64,000 nucleotides of DNA from Gemmatimonadota bacterium (lineage in GTDB: Bacteria > Gemmatimonadota > Gemmatimonadetes > Longimicrobiales > Gaopeijiaceae). The stretch is from NCBI GenBank assembly GCA_039589315.1, contig JBDHHQ010000011.1, forward strand, positions 1 to 64,000, read 5' to 3'. The notes under the pieces are model-generated. The model worked only from the letters and a program-made list of their open reading frames with translations, was not told where the DNA came from and ran no database searches. The translations under genes were made by a program, and so were the position numbers. The stretch's first letter is position 1. Each line of letters begins with the position of its first letter. This document shows, one piece after another, positions 59,765 through 64,000 of the stretch.

Positions 59765-59930
59765 TCAGTTCTGGAGCTCTACCGGGTCCTCCCCTGGAGC
59801 GTCTACCACCTGGTAGAACGTGCCGTCCGACTGGTCCTCCACCTCCTCGAAGAAGACCATGTCGAACTGGTAGTATGTGACGCCGCCCTCTTCGAGGGTG
59901 GTGGAGCCCTCCGGAAGTGCGACTGCGAGA
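59765..59930 (-). pseudogene. C-terminal fragment resembling DUF6515 proteins
   Basis: LPEGSTT...GGVTYYQF..VFF......GTFYQVV; no credible start. Confidence 0.4.
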
Positions 59931-60238
59931 ACCACACAGCTGAGTCGTCTCATCGCCCTCCGCCGCCGATCATGTTCCGTGGACGCGAGGCGCCGTCGTT
60001 GCCGCCCGCCACGCCTTCGAGAGGTGCCAATGCACGGGAACGACTCGTGCAGGGCGTGTGCCAGAGCAGACTACGCGTGGATGTGAGGAACCCCTCGAAG
60101 TTGGTCGGGCAAGGTCCTCAAGACACTGCGGCGCAGATGGTGGCCTGCATCACGAGGTGGCGAGGGCGATCGAGGTCTTCGAGGGTCGCTTGGCTCCTCT
60201 GGTTCGCCGGTCGCTGCAAACGCTTTGTTGTCGTGACC

Positions 60239-60664
60239 CTACGGCGTGACCTGATCCTCCGGAATGCACGCTCCGAATGCGACGAACCCCGTGCCATCGT
60301 CGGTGATGGTCAGAGACATGTCGAGGTCCTCATCCGAAAGGACCATGCTCCAACCCCGACCGCCCTCGGCTCCCGAGAGAATCGTCTTCCCGTCCTGGCG
60401 CGCCACCGCACCGACGCGCGTCTGCTCGCCGCGTCTGGACTCGGGAGCCAGGAGAGTGATGACGCCGGCTTCGACGTCCACATGGATGAACGTAGGAGGT
60501 GGCGGGTCCCGAAGGGGCGGCTGGCAGTTGAGCGAGTCGTCGCACTCGAGCCCGCTCACAACGGAGCAGACGAGGGGAGCGGTCTGTGCGGTGGCGGCCG
60601 AGGCGGCCACCGCGAGGATCACGAGCGAGAGACACGAGCCTCTGACGCTGCTTGCGTTCGTCAT
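60239..60664 (-). CDS. Hypothetical secreted protein with four mature-region Cys
   Basis: Signal peptide; LVCS....ECDD...C, GRGWS, FGAC. Confidence 0.65.
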   Translation of the reverse strand: MTNASSVRGSCLSLVILAVAASAATAQTAPLVCSVVSGLECDDSLNCQPPLRDPPPPTFIHVDVEAGVITLLAPESRRGEQTRVGAVARQDGKTILSGAEGGRGWSMVLSDEDLDMSLTITDDGTGFVAFGACIPEDQVTP

Positions 60665-60684
60665 CTTCGTCGGTCCCGGTCGGT

Positions 60685-61206
60685 TCAGGTTACGGTGTAC
60701 CCACGAGCCTGCATGCAGCCCACCCAAGCACGGTCCCACCGCTGGAAGTTCGAGTTGAATTCGTCGACTGCGGCTTGGGCTTGCGCCTGAGCATCCGCCT
60801 GGGCTCTCCTCGACCGACTGCCCCCGATCAGGCCCCCCGCCACAGCGCCGATGGCGGCACCCTTTCCCGCGTCTCCAGCAATCGCGCCGATGGCCAAGCC
60901 ACCAAGGGCGCCACCCGCGGCACCCCGTACGCCGCCGCCGGCAGCGGCGTCGGCCTGCTCAGCCGCGACGTAGCCTGCCTCCACGAGCGCTTGGTGGGCC
61001 ACGTAGGGATCCCAGCCGCCCGTGTTGTCGCTGGCCCACCAGTAACACTCGAGCTGATCGCGCTGCTGGGTGTCCACATCCTGTCCCTCGGCGGGGTAGA
61101 CCATCCGCTGCGCGGGATTGGTGCCCGGGGGCAATGGGCGATCCTGTCCCTGGGCGGCCAGGGGCGCCGCGACGAGCGCCAGCACGGATATCGCTACCCA
61201 TCTCAT
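60685..61206 (-). CDS. Glycine-zipper (YMGG-like) secreted protein
   Basis: YPAEGQ...QQRD..EC..WA, GAAGGA..G.AIGAIAG, CMQARGY. Confidence 0.85.
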   Translation of the reverse strand: MRWVAISVLALVAAPLAAQGQDRPLPPGTNPAQRMVYPAEGQDVDTQQRDQLECYWWASDNTGGWDPYVAHQALVEAGYVAAEQADAAAGGGVRGAAGGALGGLAIGAIAGDAGKGAAIGAVAGGLIGGSRSRRAQADAQAQAQAAVDEFNSNFQRWDRAWVGCMQARGYTVT

Positions 61207-61476
61207 TGAATGAGCTCCTTCTTCCGGTGAGACCCAGATGAAACGGACGAACCGAGAGCCGGATCGGCCGATCGGTCGCGATCCGAGGCTGAGGACTCAG
61301 AATAACCAAGTAACCCATCCTCGCCAACGCGTGGCGCGCAGGACGGCCAGACCGATCGGTGCTCGCCTTGCCCGTGCGCCCACCCCGAGATCATCTTCGC
61401 GCCCCGTTCGTCGTTCCACCCGTTTCGAACCCGGGAGCCTGGTCGGCCGACCCGTTGCCCGGGCAGAGGTACAAAC

Positions 61477-61920
61477 GTGAATTCGCTGACTATCTATGCA
61501 GCCGGCGAGATCCACTCCGACTGGCGGCAGCGCCTCCGTGACCAGTTGGCCGCCCTCGGCGTGGAGGCCACGGTCATTGGCCCACAGGAAATACATGACC
61601 GGTCGGATTCGGTGGGCGAGGACATCCTGGGCGAGCAACCGGGGCCGCGCTACCGGGACCTCATGGGCGCCCGGGTGAACACGCTCCGCACGAGGATTCT
61701 CATGCGTCGCGCCGATCTGGTCGTCGCCTACTTCGGGCAGAAGTACCGCCAGTGGAATACGGCCACCGACGCGGGGGCGGCCTTGGCAGCCGACGTGCCG
61801 TTGGTGCTGGTCCGGGAGCCCGACCTGGTCCACGCCCTCAAGGAGCTGGACGCGCTGGCGACGCTGACCGTCGAGAACCTGGAGCAGGCCGCCCAGGCCA
61901 TCGCCTACGTGTTCGAGTAG
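61477..61920 (+). CDS. YtoQ family protein
   Basis: IYAAGEIHSDWR, FGQKYRQWN, HALKE. Confidence 0.85.
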   Translation: MNSLTIYAAGEIHSDWRQRLRDQLAALGVEATVIGPQEIHDRSDSVGEDILGEQPGPRYRDLMGARVNTLRTRILMRRADLVVAYFGQKYRQWNTATDAGAALAADVPLVLVREPDLVHALKELDALATLTVENLEQAAQAIAYVFE

Positions 61921-61995
61921 CTCGCCACGGAGTTCTTCAGCCCTGAGTGGGCAGCGGCGTGGCTGGATCCGGCCCGAGCCCCACCGTTACGACAA

Positions 61996-62039
61996 GGAAA
62001 CCCCGGGAGGCCGGACTGACCGACCTCCCGGGGCTTTCC
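61996..62039. terminator. Bidirectional hairpin terminator
   Basis: GGAAACCCCGGGAGG...CCTCCCGGGGCTTTCC between convergent genes. Confidence 0.7.
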
Positions 62040-62062
62040 GTCTAGGCGGGACTCTCCGAGCC

Positions 62063-62632
62063 CTACTGTTTCGGCTGCTGTGACGGCGGATCCTCACCCA
62101 GCGCCTCAGCGATCGCCTCTTCCTCGAAACGCTCCAGCACGTCGTCACGATCGCGGTCCGTCAGTAGCGGCGAGTCGGCCAGCCGTTGGGCCCGGGAAGC
62201 GAAGGCACGCTGATCCCGCGTCTTCCCGGCCTTGCCCGCGACCCACGCCGCATCGGTGTAGATGTGAGCCGCCCGGATGACGTCCCCTGCGGCCAACGCG
62301 TGCTGCGCGGCTCCCACGAGGTCCCTCATGGCGGCGGCGTGATCGCGAAGGTAGTAGGAGAGGCGGCCTGCATAGACCAAGTCCTCCACTGCTTCGGGAT
62401 CACCGTCTTCTCGGAGGTTGGCTGCCGCCCGGTACAGCGACGCAGCATAGTCCCACCGATGTCTCTGTTCACTGAGATCCTGGGCCTCGGATTCGAGGCT
62501 GGCTGCCCGGGCTTCCCGGGCGGACGTGCCCTGCGCGGTTTGGGCCTGCGCCGGTGCTGTGTCGATTCCCAGAGCCGCGAGCGCGGCAATGACCACCACG
62601 CCACCCATCTTCGTTCCCCTCATCGTCCACAC
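62063..62632 (-). CDS. Hypothetical secreted helical protein
   Basis: Signal peptide ending AQA; GGGGGAG RBS. Confidence 0.65.
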   Translation of the reverse strand: MWTMRGTKMGGVVVIAALAALGIDTAPAQAQTAQGTSAREARAASLESEAQDLSEQRHRWDYAASLYRAAANLREDGDPEAVEDLVYAGRLSYYLRDHAAAMRDLVGAAQHALAAGDVIRAAHIYTDAAWVAGKAGKTRDQRAFASRAQRLADSPLLTDRDRDDVLERFEEEAIAEALGEDPPSQQPKQ

Positions 62633-62815
62633 TCCCCCATCACACGCACGAAGTCGAGCGACCCCCGGTCACCCGGACGACCCCCTGGCCGTCATGTATA
62701 TAGACGCGTGTGAGCCCTCTCAGGTTGCAGATCAGACGGAAACAATTGTGTCACGAGGTGGCACAACGGCTGCTAACTCTCCATTTGACAGGTGGTTGAG
62801 GAGATACGGTCCTGC

Positions 62816-64000
62816 TCATGAGCCTCCGTCCGCCTGCGCCGGTCGGTTGCCCAGTCGCCGGATGAAGAAGTCTGCCGTGGCCCGGTACGCCGTGACCCAG
62901 TTCCGATGAAGGAGGAATCCGTGGACTTCGTCCGGGAAGACGAGCTCCTCCGTCTCGACGCCTCGAGCGCGAAGCCGCTCCACGAGCTTCACGGTCTCGT
63001 TGAAGTTCACGTTGCGGTCGTCGTCGCCGTGGATCATCAAAACCGGTGAGCGCCAGTCGTCCACCCAAGCCAGGGGTGACGCCTCGAACGCCGTGCGCGC
63101 TACTTCGGGACGGTGCTCGGGGACGTAGTGGGGCACGAAGTTCTGGATGCCCGTGTTCCAGTCGTGAACCCCGTGGAAGTCGACGCCCGCAGCGAACAGG
63201 TTCGAGGCCTTGGCGAGGCCCATGGCCGTCAGGTATCCGCCGTAGGAGCCGCCCCAGAGGCCGATGCGGGCCGGGTCGACGTCGCCCCGGCCCTTCAGGT
63301 ACAGACCTGCGGCCAGGACGTCGTTCACCTCCGCACCTCCGGATGCCCCGTAGTTGGGAGCCTCCCGGAACTCCATCCCGTAGCCGATGCCGCTCCGGTA
63401 GTTCACCGACAGCACGATGAACCCGCGGCTCGCCAGGTACTGGTTCATGGCGTAGGCGTTGTGGTAGTAGCCCCGGTGGTGGAACGCCAGAAGCATCTGG
63501 CGGCGAGATCCCCCATGGAGGAACAGCAGCGCGGGCCGCCGTTCACCGGGCTGGAGGTCGGTGGGCAGGAACAGCTGCCCGTGTATGGTCAGGCCGTCGG
63601 TGCTGGAGTACGTGACCTGCTCCGGAGTGACCAGCCGGTCCGACGGGAAGTCGTCGGGTAGCTCGGCGGAGCCGGGCACCGCCGGGCTGTCACCTCCTGC
63701 GAGTACTCGAGTCATGGCCGGCTCGGTGGGCCCCGACCCCAGGTAGGCCACTGTGCCGCTTTCCGCGGTCGCGACGGGCGACCACTCCACGCCGGTCCCC
63801 GAGGTGACGGGCCCGGGGCGTCCTCCGCCGACCGGCACACGCCAGATGTGCTGTCGGTCGATGTCGCCTTGGTTGGACGAGAACAGCACCTCGGTACGAT
63901 CAGGGCTCAAGGAGACGAACTGGACCTCGAAGTCGCCCGGCGTGAGGAAGGCGGCCTGACCCCCGCGCGCGGGCACCGAGTACAGGTGGGTCCAGCCGTC
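62816..64000 (-). CDS. S9 family peptidase (prolyl oligopeptidase-like), 5' end outside window
   Basis: LHGG, NYRSG.GYG, GGSYGG, HGDDDRNV, DEVHGF. Confidence 0.92.
   Translation of the reverse strand, partial: DGWTHLYSVPARGGQAAFLTPGDFEVQFVSLSPDRTEVLFSSNQGDIDRQHIWRVPVGGGRPGPVTSGTGVEWSPVATAESGTVAYLGSGPTEPAMTRVLAGGDSPAVPGSAELPDDFPSDRLVTPEQVTYSSTDGLTIHGQLFLPTDLQPGERRPALLFLHGGSRRQMLLAFHHRGYYHNAYAMNQYLASRGFIVLSVNYRSGIGYGMEFREAPNYGASGGAEVNDVLAAGLYLKGRGDVDPARIGLWGGSYGGYLTAMGLAKASNLFAAGVDFHGVHDWNTGIQNFVPHYVPEHRPEVARTAFEASPLAWVDDWRSPVLMIHGDDDRNVNFNETVKLVERLRARGVETEELVFPDEVHGFLLHRNWVTAYRATADFFIRRLGNRPAQADGGS

Overview
High-GC bacterial chromosomal window. The gene repertoire (SusC/SusD pair, tandem Ser/Thr kinases with TolB/TPR sensors, TolB-N/TPR membrane proteins) suggests Gemmatimonadota; this is inference only. 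Bases ~600-16300 are an accessory, partly decayed region. It holds a fabG scar with acpP, an IS3 fragment, an erythromycin-esterase-family gene, and the remnant of a phage-satellite-like element (~5630-12836) that ends in a 3' tRNA-Ala(TGC) att copy. That element keeps an RHH regulator, a P4/D5-type SF3 helicase with an iteron-like origin and an excisionase-like HTH. Its cargo is an MTase-less Mrr-nuclease/SF2-helicase whose C-terminus is four 74-aa tandem repeats plus two HA domains, followed by a truncated AbiU2-like HEPN gene; this is the best candidate for an undescribed defence system. The rest is mostly core metabolism and transport: frameshifted asnA, APC permease-USP, cation:proton antiporter, sulfatase, SusD/SusC, an orphan OmpR-type regulator, a 2-oxoacid oxidoreductase operon whose gamma subunit is fused to a GltD/DsrL-like flavoprotein, a membrane-anchored DtxR-family regulator with feoB and tandem operators, two Ser/Thr kinases, a CNNM protein, an amidase-CHRD and an S9 peptidase. 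Three short intergenic tandem-repeat tracts are present. No intact tRNA, rRNA or CRISPR array was seen. All family calls are by motif recognition; no searches were run.
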